Position numbers and translations under genes: made by a program. The notes under the pieces are model-generated. The model worked only from the letters and a program-made list of their open reading frames with translations. It searched no databases and was not told the origin of the DNA. Positions 37,667 to 46,882 of a DNA stretch of 64,000 bases are shown one piece after another. Positions within the stretch are counted from its first letter, which is position 1, and each line of letters begins with the position of its first letter. This DNA comes from an uncultured Candidatus Binatia bacterium (GTDB lineage: Bacteria > Desulfobacterota > Binatia > UBA9968 > JAJDTQ01): NCBI GenBank assembly GCA_965215605.1, contig OZ244070.1, positions 1,824,001 to 1,888,000 on the forward strand, in the 5' to 3' direction.

Positions 37667-38369
37667 TTGCGACACACTCCGCAACAAAGGCGCGCAGCAG
37701 AGATTCAATGTCTTGCTTGCCGACATGCTTCATTGACACGCCAAAACCCTCGTCCCCGACCAAGGTGAAAATTTTGGGGCCTAGGCGTCCTGACGCCCCC
37801 TTTAGCCCGATTTTCTCCACGCCCGCCGCCAACATTGCATCCCTTTCTCTTTGTGGAAGCTCCGCAAGAGCTCGCTGTGCACCGCGATCAAGTATGGTGC
37901 CGATGAACACGTAACGCCGGTCGATTGCTTGCCGCATGTTGATGACTTCCTTCACGCACTCGCTGACCGGCCGTCGTGAGCGTTCGTGCAGTTGCACGAC
38001 CTGTCGGACCTCTTTGCTATTCAGGCCGTTGGCGAGTATCGCTTCGGCGACCGTGCGTTGGTCGTCAGCTTTCGGAAGTCGGGTGAGTTCGGTAGCACAA
38101 GAGAACCCCACGGCATCTCGAGGGCTGCCCCAACTTATCACGTGCCGGAGGTCGTCCGGGAGGTCAAGAATACGCAGGAAACGTCTAACGCCCGTCGCGT
38201 CGATCCAGGTCTCCTTTGCACATTCGTCAAGTGAACTGCCGGCATCGCATGCCCGCTGCAGCAATGCACCGACTTCGACCGGCGAAAGTAGACGCTCCTT
38301 TCTATGTTTCCCGTAGCCGACCGACATCCGGAGACGTCCAAGTTCTAGAGGGCTCAGACCTGGGAGCAT
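37659..38369 (-). CDS. ParB-like HTH/C-terminal domain protein lacking the CTPase domain
   Basis: LSPVEVG...G.S..E.A.....V.R.L.ILDLP...A..L..L...Q...A..I...LN.KEV resembles the Spo0J HTH region; no GxRR motif. Confidence 0.55.
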   Translation of the reverse strand: MLPGLSPLELGRLRMSVGYGKHRKERLLSPVEVGALLQRACDAGSSLDECAKETWIDATGVRRFLRILDLPDDLRHVISWGSPRDAVGFSCATELTRLPKADDQRTVAEAILANGLNSKEVRQVVQLHERSRRPVSECVKEVINMRQAIDRRYVFIGTILDRGAQRALAELPQRERDAMLAAGVEKIGLKGASGRLGPKIFTLVGDEGFGVSMKHVGKQDIESLLRAFVAECVANA

Positions 38370-38383
38370 GATGGCTACTAATC

Positions 38384-39202
38384 TCAGAGTCCGCGGCCGG
38401 TCAGCGCCTCTTCGATGAGCATGACGGTCGCGTCTCCCTGGTTGGTGCCTTCTTCCCGGGCGACCTGCTGGATGGCACGATGCGTATCCTGTGTCACGGT
38501 AGCGACAACCTGGATGACCTTCGAGCCGGACTTCGCGCCCTCTATAACCTCTACGACAGACTTGTCGGGATTGTCTCTTCGATCCTCCTCCACCTTCTTG
38601 CGTTGGGCTCCTGACATCGATGCCATCTCCTGGGCCAAGACAAGGGCGTCGTCGGTGTTGACCGCGCCGTCGTCGTCCGTTGCCGAATCCTGCGCACGCA
38701 GTGCGGCATTGACATCAACTTGTCCTTCGTCGACCAAGTCCTTCAGTTGTTTCACCAGCCGGGGGTACTTTACGTAGTCCCGCACTTCCCGATGGGGCAG
38801 GCCTGTTGTCTTGACCACGTCCTGAACGCTTCCGTATATGTTGTAAAGGTAAAGGATTCCATCCTTGAGTTCTTTGCCCGACAGCTTGCGACGTATTAGG
38901 TTTTCGGTGATGGAGATTGTCTTGGCCTCAGCCTGCCCGACTTGGCTGTCAAGCACGGCGGCCGAGATGGTGTCTCGATTCAGCATCTTGTAAGCGAGGA
39001 AGCGCCGCTGACCTGTAAGGATCTCCCATTTCCCGGGCTGTTGTTTCGACTTGCAAACCACGATCGGTTGCAGTAGCCCTTGCGCTTCGATACTTGCGGC
39101 GAGATCCTCAACGCCGGCCCCCGGGTTCTCTGTCCGGACCTGTCCCAGACCAATTACCAAGTCGTCGAGGGGTATTTCGCGGTAATCGATGATTTTTGCC
39201 AT
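38384..39202 (-). CDS. ParB/RepB/Spo0J family protein
   Basis: LA.SI...GLLQPIVV, EILTGQRRFLA, ENL.R..LS; AGGAG RBS before the ATG at 39202. Confidence 0.88.
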   Translation of the reverse strand: MAKIIDYREIPLDDLVIGLGQVRTENPGAGVEDLAASIEAQGLLQPIVVCKSKQQPGKWEILTGQRRFLAYKMLNRDTISAAVLDSQVGQAEAKTISITENLIRRKLSGKELKDGILYLYNIYGSVQDVVKTTGLPHREVRDYVKYPRLVKQLKDLVDEGQVDVNAALRAQDSATDDDGAVNTDDALVLAQEMASMSGAQRKKVEEDRRDNPDKSVVEVIEGAKSGSKVIQVVATVTQDTHRAIQQVAREEGTNQGDATVMLIEEALTGRGL

Positions 39203-39206
39203 GGCT

Positions 39207-40619
39207 TTAGTCTCCTTCGGTTGCATTGGAAGAGGGCGAAAGGGTGCCCTCCGCAAGTTCTAAAATCTCCATGAGTTCGCGCTTGGTGAGTCGCCCGCGC
39301 ACCGTCCCCACAGATTCGATGACCTCGTCGAATAGGGCCTCCTTCCGGTCGAGCACTGTAGCTATGCGCTCTTCGACCGAGTCTCGGACCAGGAAACGGA
39401 TGACATGCAGCGGCCCTTCCCGTTCGAAGCGGTGCGCTCGGTAGACTGCCTGGAACTCGACTGCAGGATTCCACCAGCGGTCGAACAGGACGGCGTGGGT
39501 CGCCTCCCCGAGGTTCAGGCCGACGCCGCCGGCACGAAGGGAAATCAATAGTGCCCGCGGTGTTTGGCCTGTCCTGAACCGGTCGATAGAAATCTGTCTC
39601 TCGGCTGCCGGCATGGATCCGATCAGAAGGTCGTGGGGTATTCCGATCCGCTGGGAAATCTGCCGCAGGGTCTGGACGAACTGCGAAAACACAATCATCC
39701 TCGCCGATTGCCCAGCGCCTTCGCAGATGGCTGTGAGGGCCTCCAGTTTCGATGAAGCACCGCTCTCGACGTCGTAGTTGCAGATCACCTTTAGTCGCGT
39801 AATGAGACCGAGCATGGCGGCGTTGGAGTCTTCCTTTTCCCCGCCGATTTGTGCCGTTCTGGCCGCCCACAGATCGTCGTAGGCGATCCTTTGTGGCGAC
39901 GAGAGCTCGAGGTACAGATCCTGTACGATGACAGCCGGCAGTTCGGCCCGCACTTCACGTTTCCGCCGCCGCAGCATCATTGCCTCCAGCCTCTTGTTCA
40001 GCCGTGTTGCATCGGGATCCCGACGAATATCGGGGTCCAGGAAGGCGAGGATTGAGGCGACGTCTTCGCGGTCGTTTTCGAGCGGCGTCGCAGACAGTGC
40101 CCACGCACGTTTTCGCGGCAGCAGCCGGCAGGCGAGTGCCGTTGCGGAGTTCTTGTTCTTGATGCGTTGCGCTTCGTCCAGGATGACGAGATCGAACGTG
40201 CCTTTGGGAATCTGATCCAGTCCGTCTTGACGGATCTGTTCGTAAGAGGAGACGAGAACAGGGATCGGCAGCAGGTAGAATGCCTTCCGGCTGGCGGCCC
40301 CGCCCTGAAGCCGTCGCGTCGCCAGTGACGGTGCCCATGTAGTGAGTTCGGACATCCAGTTCAGCGTCAGCGAGGCAGGGGCCACGATCAAGGCTCGGTC
40401 GATCCCCTTTTGTCCATTGAGGAGAAGTGCAAGAGCGATTGCTGCCTGGACGGTTTTTCCCAATCCCATCTCGTCAGCGAGAAGGGCAGACGTGGACTGG
40501 TACAGGAATGCCACTCCCTCCCACTGGTACGTGTGAAGGGCGGCGGGGAGCATGAGTTGATCTTCGGCCGCGCTCCGGAGATCTTGCACGTCCAGCGTCA
40601 CTCGAAGACCCACACCCAC
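39207..40619 (-). CDS. minimal SNF2-family (SF2) ATPase/helicase
   Basis: YQ.EG, LADEMGLGKT, DEAQRIKN, SATPLEN, SSK, IVFSQF, AGGVGLNL, WWNPA...QA..RAHR. Alternative GTG start at 40601. Confidence 0.9.
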   Translation of the reverse strand: MGVGLRVTLDVQDLRSAAEDQLMLPAALHTYQWEGVAFLYQSTSALLADEMGLGKTVQAAIALALLLNGQKGIDRALIVAPASLTLNWMSELTTWAPSLATRRLQGGAASRKAFYLLPIPVLVSSYEQIRQDGLDQIPKGTFDLVILDEAQRIKNKNSATALACRLLPRKRAWALSATPLENDREDVASILAFLDPDIRRDPDATRLNKRLEAMMLRRRKREVRAELPAVIVQDLYLELSSPQRIAYDDLWAARTAQIGGEKEDSNAAMLGLITRLKVICNYDVESGASSKLEALTAICEGAGQSARMIVFSQFVQTLRQISQRIGIPHDLLIGSMPAAERQISIDRFRTGQTPRALLISLRAGGVGLNLGEATHAVLFDRWWNPAVEFQAVYRAHRFEREGPLHVIRFLVRDSVEERIATVLDRKEALFDEVIESVGTVRGRLTKRELMEILELAEGTLSPSSNATEGD

Positions 40620-40720
40620 ACGGCAGCTTCAGCGATATCTCGTTGGCATGTCTCGATAACCGCCCGCGAAATGTGCTGTGTCATCGAAGTTAGCCTGTGA
40701 CCAGCGAACTGCAAATACAT
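40598..40720 (-). CDS. possible 40-aa ORF bridging the DUF262 and SNF2 genes
   Basis: My translation is MYLQFAGHRLTSMTQHISRAVIETCQRDIAEAAVWVWVFE*; its stop forms a GTGA overlap with the alternative SNF2 start. Confidence 0.25.
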   Translation of the reverse strand: MYLQFAGHRLTSMTQHISRAVIETCQRDIAEAAVWVWVFE

Positions 40721-40736
40721 ATGACTTCATTGACCA

Positions 40737-42509
40737 TTAGCTCTCCTCGCGTCCGGAAAAGCACCACACCTGAGCGGCCGCCTTTGCGAGGTCCCTTGAG
40801 CGTTCGGCCACCGCCGTCGGAGTCCACTCGTCATGTATAGCTACATCGCGCGTCATTCCAAATGGGCTGGTCTCAAAAACGGCCTTCTTGGCGGCGAAGT
40901 TCGCGTTGAAACGGTGCCGTGCATGATTGCCGCTGTCGCCCAGCAATGTCAGATTCCCGATTCGAGCAACCCAGTCCCGGAGGTCGTATCCCACCGACGT
41001 GAAGCCGGTCCAACCGGACCAGTAGGTCTCCGACTGCGGCAAGATGTGTTCCACGGAACATCCTTCATAGTCGAATGCGCGGCCTTCACGTTCTTGCTTG
41101 CCGTTGATTCCGAACAACAGTCGTTTGGCTCGCCGGGAATCGGTCATCTGAACATCGAGGAGGCGAGAAATAAATCGTGTGTCGTCCATTATCATCAAGT
41201 CATCACATTCTTCGAGATCTGTTTTTATGTCGAGGTCAGCGACCTTGCTACTGGTCGCGATTCTCCTGGCACAATTGGCAAAACCCGGCTCTACTCTGGA
41301 TGGTTCGAATTTGGCCCCGCAGAAGGAGAGGCGCATCACGAAGGAAGAAAGGTCGCTGAGGCAGTGATGCGCGGCTTTGGCTACTGCTCTCCGGTACCGA
41401 TCTTCGGCTTCAATGAACTTCCGTAACAATGCAAACATTAGCGGTTGCACGACCTTATAACCACCCAATTCCTGAATGAACACAGGCAGATTACGTTTGT
41501 TTCGGGTGGTGCCGGACGCCGTGCAGAAGGCATTAAGCAGTTCCTTGCTTGGGTTTGTGGCAGTGATAGTCCGGAACAGTTCCACGGCAGCGGGACTAGC
41601 AAGCTCATGGACTAGCGCGTAAACGTGCTTGTCTCCATCCGGTCGTCGCCCAGGATTGCGGATCTTCGCCCGAGTATCGCGATAAAAGCGGGTCTTCTGA
41701 AGATAGCCGTACCGACATTGAAAGAAACAGCGGAAATACTCTTGGGATCGCGTAGTGCTTCGAGTAGTTGCGAGGACGCTTTCAAGCTGCTCGTGGACGG
41801 TGGCGCGCCGCTCTGAGTCGGCAGGATCTGTGAAGTACGAGTAAAGGTGGTTTCGAATTAGATCAACGTCATCCAGTCGCTTGCCTCGTCCATTGAGGGC
41901 TTCGAAAACGGCATTGGCGTCCTCTGTCTTGGGGACGTAGAGGACACCAATCTCTACCTTCTGCGTCAGGAAATCGAAAAACGTTTGGGTCTCACTCGGC
42001 CCCATTGCGCTGACGAACAGGGCCACTTCGTTCCAGGCGGAGGTCAATTTGCCGTTCGTCCCGATGTCGAGGCCACGGATAATCTGAGTAAACCGCGATC
42101 GGTCTTGGCGTGGCGGCTCGACGCGAGGCACATCCCGGGTCGTGTCGTCGAAGTTGGTGACCGCGTTCTCCGGGCGATCGAACAGTACGCGCAACGCGAG
42201 CATTTCACGGCCAGCGTCCGTGTCGCGGTTATTTGCGAACCGCCGGCCGAATGCAGCAAAGAGTAGGGAGAGGGTGATCATGCGCTGCTGACCGTCGTTG
42301 ATTTCCCAAACATCCTCACCCGCGACCAGCATAATGGACCCGAGGAAGTAACTTGCCCGATCTTCGTCCAGGGCTTCCTTGAGGTCGACCAACAACTCGG
42401 TGACCTGCTCTACGGTCCAGTCGTAATACCGCTGATGCCACGGCACTGTGAACCGTCCCTTGAGGAAGAGCTCGGACACGAGCAATGCCTCTGACGTGAT
42501 CTGGGTCAT
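40737..42509 (-). CDS. DUF262 + DUF1524 (HNH) protein, SspE/GmrSD-like
   Basis: VP..QR.Y.W, YFLGSI, DGQQR, FE.LN.RG..L..DL.RN; C-terminal VEHILPQ...IGNLTLL...N. Confidence 0.88.
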   Translation of the reverse strand: MTQITSEALLVSELFLKGRFTVPWHQRYYDWTVEQVTELLVDLKEALDEDRASYFLGSIMLVAGEDVWEINDGQQRMITLSLLFAAFGRRFANNRDTDAGREMLALRVLFDRPENAVTNFDDTTRDVPRVEPPRQDRSRFTQIIRGLDIGTNGKLTSAWNEVALFVSAMGPSETQTFFDFLTQKVEIGVLYVPKTEDANAVFEALNGRGKRLDDVDLIRNHLYSYFTDPADSERRATVHEQLESVLATTRSTTRSQEYFRCFFQCRYGYLQKTRFYRDTRAKIRNPGRRPDGDKHVYALVHELASPAAVELFRTITATNPSKELLNAFCTASGTTRNKRNLPVFIQELGGYKVVQPLMFALLRKFIEAEDRYRRAVAKAAHHCLSDLSSFVMRLSFCGAKFEPSRVEPGFANCARRIATSSKVADLDIKTDLEECDDLMIMDDTRFISRLLDVQMTDSRRAKRLLFGINGKQEREGRAFDYEGCSVEHILPQSETYWSGWTGFTSVGYDLRDWVARIGNLTLLGDSGNHARHRFNANFAAKKAVFETSPFGMTRDVAIHDEWTPTAVAERSRDLAKAAAQVWCFSGREES

Positions 42510-43678
42510 AAGGGATGTACGGATTTGAGAAGGGCGAGTCGACCGTTTTCGGTGATCTCGTCACGCCACCAAACGTCTTCGATGCACTCGATTTCCGCCG
42601 GGCTGATGAGGGTGTCGCCGACCGTTTTCTCTAGTGCAAAGAGTCGATCAAGAATGGTTCGGCGGACTGCTAGGGTGAATGGACCGAACACCTGGGAGCC
42701 GTCGGACCGGTTCCGAGGGTTACCGTCACGGCGCACGGGAAGTCGATTGCTGTCGTCCTCCCGCAAGGCGATGAGCCATTCGCGGAAGTCCGACAGGCTT
42801 TCCATCTTCTTGGCCTCCTCGTGCCCTGAATCGATCAGGCCCCGGAGACTGCGGTCTTTAGTGACCACCGTGCATGTCCAACAGCCGAATCGTGGGGAGG
42901 AACTGCCACATGACGGTGCGTCGTCTTGTGTCATTACCAGTGGACACTCGCCCCCTCCGGCTTGACGATAGAGAGTGATTAGCCGGCGATGGGTGCCGCC
43001 CCATGGTGGGCGGCGCTGCATCAATACCATCCAGACATCCTCATCGCTGAGGTCGGCAAGCGGGGAGAATATCCGACAGCCCTCCACAGAGTCGTGTTGA
43101 TTGCTTTTCCCGGCAGACACCTTGCGTCGGTCCATGCCTCGCTGCCGGTTTTGTGACTCGCTCCGGCGGCTACCGATTAGGAGAACGGCCCCCCCATGCT
43201 CTCTCACGATGTCTTGCAACAGACGGCTAGTCGGCCGAATTTTCATTCGGTCTGTGCACCACCGAAAATTCCTGGTGGGAGGTATGTATCCCCGCCCTAT
43301 CACACTCACCCAAAAGGTCTGATCGATGGCTGGTGTGGTGACCCGAATGTCCACAGGCATTTCTTGTGTTGTGGCGGCGGCCTCAATCACGTTGAGCGAT
43401 CCTCGGAGATGCCGAATGACGAGCGGCGACTCGACTAGAGTATCATTGCCGACGATGAAGATGGATCGCTGCCGTTGGTCTGTTGGTAGCCCGGCAACTG
43501 TTTCCCAAATCATCTGTAGGAGAAGGGTAGAGTCCTTCCCTCCAGAATAAGCAACAATCCAGGGATGGCCGTGCTTGCGACAGTACTCCCGTCGGAGGGT
43601 CTCTGCGATCTTCTTGAGCCGCGTAGGTAGACTCGTCAGGCTGTTACTGGTCGCCGTTGAACTCGTCGGCGCCTTCAT
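42506..43678 (-). CDS. dndC: DNA phosphorothioation sulfurtransferase DndC (PAPS-reductase fold)
   Basis: PW.VAYSGGKDST, DTLVESP, FWV..IGRGY.PP...FRWCT.RMKI.P, LY.QA..GECPLV, SCG...RFGCWTCTVV.KD.S, GPFT. Confidence 0.88.
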   Translation of the reverse strand: MKAPTSSTATSNSLTSLPTRLKKIAETLRREYCRKHGHPWIVAYSGGKDSTLLLQMIWETVAGLPTDQRQRSIFIVGNDTLVESPLVIRHLRGSLNVIEAAATTQEMPVDIRVTTPAIDQTFWVSVIGRGYIPPTRNFRWCTDRMKIRPTSRLLQDIVREHGGAVLLIGSRRSESQNRQRGMDRRKVSAGKSNQHDSVEGCRIFSPLADLSDEDVWMVLMQRRPPWGGTHRRLITLYRQAGGGECPLVMTQDDAPSCGSSSPRFGCWTCTVVTKDRSLRGLIDSGHEEAKKMESLSDFREWLIALREDDSNRLPVRRDGNPRNRSDGSQVFGPFTLAVRRTILDRLFALEKTVGDTLISPAEIECIEDVWWRDEITENGRLALLKSVHPL

Positions 43679-44820
43679 GTCGTGATGCTCCGAAGAGTTG
43701 ACACAGCGTCATTAACGCGTTGTCCAACGAAGTCGACCTCTACCTCTGTAGTATAGCGACCAACGCTGAATCGCACGGAGGAGAGTGCCAGCGTTTCGGT
43801 GACACCGAGTCCCTCCAGCACGTGTGATGGCTCAATCGACGCCGCCGTGCATGCGGAACCTGCCGAGATCGCAACATCGCCAAGAGCCAGCATCAGCGAC
43901 TCGGCCTCCACGCCGGGAAAGGCAATGTTCAAAATGCCTGGGACTCGCGCGGTACGGTTGCCGTTGACGACCGCCCCGCCAATCTCGTCCAACCAGCCAA
44001 GGAGGCGTCGGTCGATGGCTGCCACTCGTTCCGCGTCACTACTCTGACAGTCGTTTGTGAGCCGCGCCGCCGCTCCTAGACCAACAACCTGGTGGGTCGC
44101 CAACGTCCCAGCCCGCAGCCCAGCTTCTTGTCCGCCTCCATGGATCTGGGGGATGAGCAACGGCCGAACGGAGCGGCGCACAAATAGAGCACCCACACCT
44201 TTCGGGCCATATATCTTGTGGCCGCTCAATGACAGGAGGTCTACTCCCATGAGCGAGACATCGATCGGAAGTCGTGCGGCGCTCTGTACGGCGTCGACAT
44301 GAAACAGTGTGCCGTTTTTCCGTACCACGCGCGCTATGCTCGGGATATCAGTAACAGTCCCAACCTCATTGTTTACGTGCATAAGGGAGACTAACGCGGT
44401 GTCCGGTCGAAGATCCGCGCGGACGACATCCGGCGTGATCATGCCATCGGCGTCAGGTGTGAGGTAGGTCACCTCCACGCCCTGGCCAGAGAGCCAGTCT
44501 GCGGTATCGAGTACTGCCTTATGCTCTAGTGAGGAGACGAGGAGATGCCGACCGCGTACGCTAGGCGATAGCATTACTCCCTTGATGGCTAAATTGATCG
44601 CCTCTGTCGCACCGGAGGTCCAGAAGATTTCATCGGCGTCTGCGCCGATCAACCGCGAGACATGCCCGCGGGCCTCCTCAATAGCCTCTGAAGCTGCATG
44701 CCCAAAGCGGTGGGTGACGGAATGCGGGTTTCCGAAGACGCCGTCGGCTGTCAGAAACTTGGCCATCGTGTTCGCGACTTCCGGTGCAACAGGGGTCGTC
44801 GCAGCGTAGTCTAGGTACAC
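43675..44820 (-). CDS. dndA: cysteine desulfurase, DndA/IscS-like
   Basis: YLDYAATTP, GNP.S..H, TSGATE, HVDAVQ, SGHKIYGPKG (PLP Lys), SAGSAC (catalytic Cys). ATGA-coupled to dndC. Likely GTG start at 44820, though the ORF is open to 44997. Confidence 0.85.
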   Translation of the reverse strand: MYLDYAATTPVAPEVANTMAKFLTADGVFGNPHSVTHRFGHAASEAIEEARGHVSRLIGADADEIFWTSGATEAINLAIKGVMLSPSVRGRHLLVSSLEHKAVLDTADWLSGQGVEVTYLTPDADGMITPDVVRADLRPDTALVSLMHVNNEVGTVTDIPSIARVVRKNGTLFHVDAVQSAARLPIDVSLMGVDLLSLSGHKIYGPKGVGALFVRRSVRPLLIPQIHGGGQEAGLRAGTLATHQVVGLGAAARLTNDCQSSDAERVAAIDRRLLGWLDEIGGAVVNGNRTARVPGILNIAFPGVEAESLMLALGDVAISAGSACTAASIEPSHVLEGLGVTETLALSSVRFSVGRYTTEVEVDFVGQRVNDAVSTLRSITT

Positions 44821-45091
44821 GCCCTCTTCTGGATACGATACCCACTCGTCGCCTACGAAATACAGTTTTCGATGTGTTTTCAATAAGTTACTCGGTCTAT
44901 GAGGTGCCCCCGTGGCCCTTCCCAACCCTGATAGACTCGGCGGCTCTACCGTTCCAGTTCGTTTAGAATGACTCCACACATATGGATGCAACCGCAAAAC
45001 TGATGCCAGTGTCTGTTGGGTCGAGTCTCGCAGATTTCTTTCGGTGGTTCAACGGATTGTTCTCGACTACCGCTTTACCTGCACTCCCCAC

Positions 45092-45877
45092 TCAGGACAT
45101 CAACCTCCCGCCAGATACATTCAGCGCCTCCCCCGTGGTGTGCGACGAATCACTGGAGGCCAGGAAGAGGGCGGCGTTGGCCACTTCCTCGTGCAGTGCG
45201 TGTTTCCGCAGCGGCGTCTGCTTCAGGACGTTTTCCCACAACTCCTCGAAGGAGACGCCGAGGCCCTTGGCGCGGTCGTGGTACATTTCCCGCAGGTCGG
45301 CCTCGTCCATGCCGCCGGGGCAGATGACGTTGGCGCGGACGCCCGAGGGGCCGGCTTCCTTGGCGATGGTCTGGGTGAGTCCCAGCAGGCCCCACTTGGC
45401 GGCGCACAGGGAGCCGCGGAGCGCCATGCCCTCGCGGCCGGCGGTGCCGGAAATGCTGACGATGCTGCCGCGCTTCTGCCCCATCATGACCGGCAACGCG
45501 GCTTTGCAGCAGAGGAAGATGGCCTTGAGGTTGACGTTGAGGACCTGGTCCCATTCCTCCTCGGTGATCTCGTGCACCTCGACCATGGGGCCGCGGAAGC
45601 CGACGCTGTTGACCAGGATGTCCAGGCGTCCCCACTTGGCCGCCACGTCGGCAACCATTTTGTCGATCTGTGCCGCGTCGGTGGCGTCGGCCGTCATGGC
45701 TACGGCCTCGCCGCCCTTCTGTCCGATGGCTTGGACGACCCCGTCGAGCTCCGGCTCCATCTTCTCGAGATCCACCAGAACGATCTTTGCGCCCTCACCC
45801 GCGAAGGTGTGGGCGATGGCCTCGCCGATGCCGCGGGCGCCGCCGACGATGACTGCGATCTGATCTGAAAGTTTCAT
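45092..45877 (-). CDS. SDR family oxidoreductase
   Basis: GGARGIG, LDILVN, RANVICPG, TGE.LNVSGG; the YxxxK Tyr appears replaced (LCAAK). Confidence 0.88.
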   Translation of the reverse strand: MKLSDQIAVIVGGARGIGEAIAHTFAGEGAKIVLVDLEKMEPELDGVVQAIGQKGGEAVAMTADATDAAQIDKMVADVAAKWGRLDILVNSVGFRGPMVEVHEITEEEWDQVLNVNLKAIFLCCKAALPVMMGQKRGSIVSISGTAGREGMALRGSLCAAKWGLLGLTQTIAKEAGPSGVRANVICPGGMDEADLREMYHDRAKGLGVSFEELWENVLKQTPLRKHALHEEVANAALFLASSDSSHTTGEALNVSGGRLMS

Positions 45878-45955
45878 ACGATTCCTCCGGACTGAGGTGG
45901 TCCTGGTTTGTAGGACAGGTAGGCGGCGGAGATAAGGTGTATTCCAGACGTTCGA

Positions 45956-46882
45956 TCATGCCGCCAAGGTCCCGTTTATCACGTCTTCGTGTTCCGATGG
46001 AACTGACAGAGGGGCGGGCGGGGTGTGAGGTCCGGCCTGCCTCTTGAGTCCTCGTTCGTAGGCCTCGGCCGGGGTGGAGCCGGCGAGGGCGGAATGAGGC
46101 CTTTGGGTGTTGTAGAAGTGGAGCCAGTTGGCGATGGTCCTTTGGGCGGCGAAGCCGTCCGAGAGCTCGTGCAGGTAGACGGCCTCGTACTTGAGGGAGC
46201 GCCACAGGCGCTCGATGAAGATGTTGTCCATGCACCGGCCCCTGCCGTCCATGGAGATGGCGACGCCGGCGTCCTTGAGCACGGAGGTGAACTCCAGGCT
46301 GGTGAACTGGCTGCCCTGGTCGGTGTTGAAGATCTCGGGAGGGCCGTAGCGTTCCAGAGCCTCTGAGAGGGCCTCGACACAGAAGCGGGCATCGAGGGTG
46401 TTCGACAGCCTCCAGGAGAGCACCCGGCGGGTGGCCCAGTCCATCACCGCCACCAGGTACAGGAAGCCCTTCTGGACAGGGATATAGGTGATGTCGGAGG
46501 TCCACGCGTGATTGGGCCGTTCGATGGCGACCCCCTTGAGCCGATAGGGGTAGACCCGGTGCTCGGGATGCGGTCGGGTGGTCCGCGGCGCCTGGTAGAT
46601 GGCCTGTAGACCCATCAGGCGCATCAGACGCCGCACCCGGTGACGACCCACACGGTCGCCCTCCCGCCACAGATGGCGGACCATCTGGCGGCTGCCGTAG
46701 AAGGGGTACTCCAGGAACAGCTTGTCGATCCGGCGCATCAGCGCCAGATTCTCCGCGCTCTCGCCCTTGGGCCGGTGGTACACGGAGGATCGACTCACTC
46801 GAAGCAGATGGCATTGACGGCTCAAGCTGAGCTTGGGATGGCCGGGCTCGATCATCCCCCGGCGCTTCTCCCGGCTCACCAC
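45956..46882 (-). CDS. IS3 transposase OrfB (DDE/rve)
   Basis: YGSR, W.SDITYI, AVMDW, NTDQGSQFTS, DN.FIERLW.SLKYE, YN..RPHSAL. Confidence 0.93.
   Translation of the reverse strand: MVSREKRRGMIEPGHPKLSLSRQCHLLRVSRSSVYHRPKGESAENLALMRRIDKLFLEYPFYGSRQMVRHLWREGDRVGRHRVRRLMRLMGLQAIYQAPRTTRPHPEHRVYPYRLKGVAIERPNHAWTSDITYIPVQKGFLYLVAVMDWATRRVLSWRLSNTLDARFCVEALSEALERYGPPEIFNTDQGSQFTSLEFTSVLKDAGVAISMDGRGRCMDNIFIERLWRSLKYEAVYLHELSDGFAAQRTIANWLHFYNTQRPHSALAGSTPAEAYERGLKRQAGPHTPPAPLSVPSEHEDVINGTLAA

Larger units (their letters stand above)
36600..45080. mobile_element. lower-GC genomic island carrying a Dnd-like operon (boundaries approximate, no integrase seen)
   Basis: Composition shift: 41401-41460 has 25/60 G+C versus 44/60 at 36181-36240. 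All genes are co-oriented and of defence type. Confidence 0.65.

Noticed and set aside
38384-39202. ParB as evidence of a plasmid or prophage partition locus
   Set aside because: No parA, rep, integrase or phage genes nearby.
42506-44820. Housekeeping cysH/iscS interpretation
   Set aside because: DndC-specific motifs, ATGA coupling, island composition and no isc/suf/cys neighbours.
36522-45092. att-like direct repeats at the Dnd island edges
   Set aside because: None found by eye, and no tRNA or integrase is adjacent, so boundaries rest on composition only.
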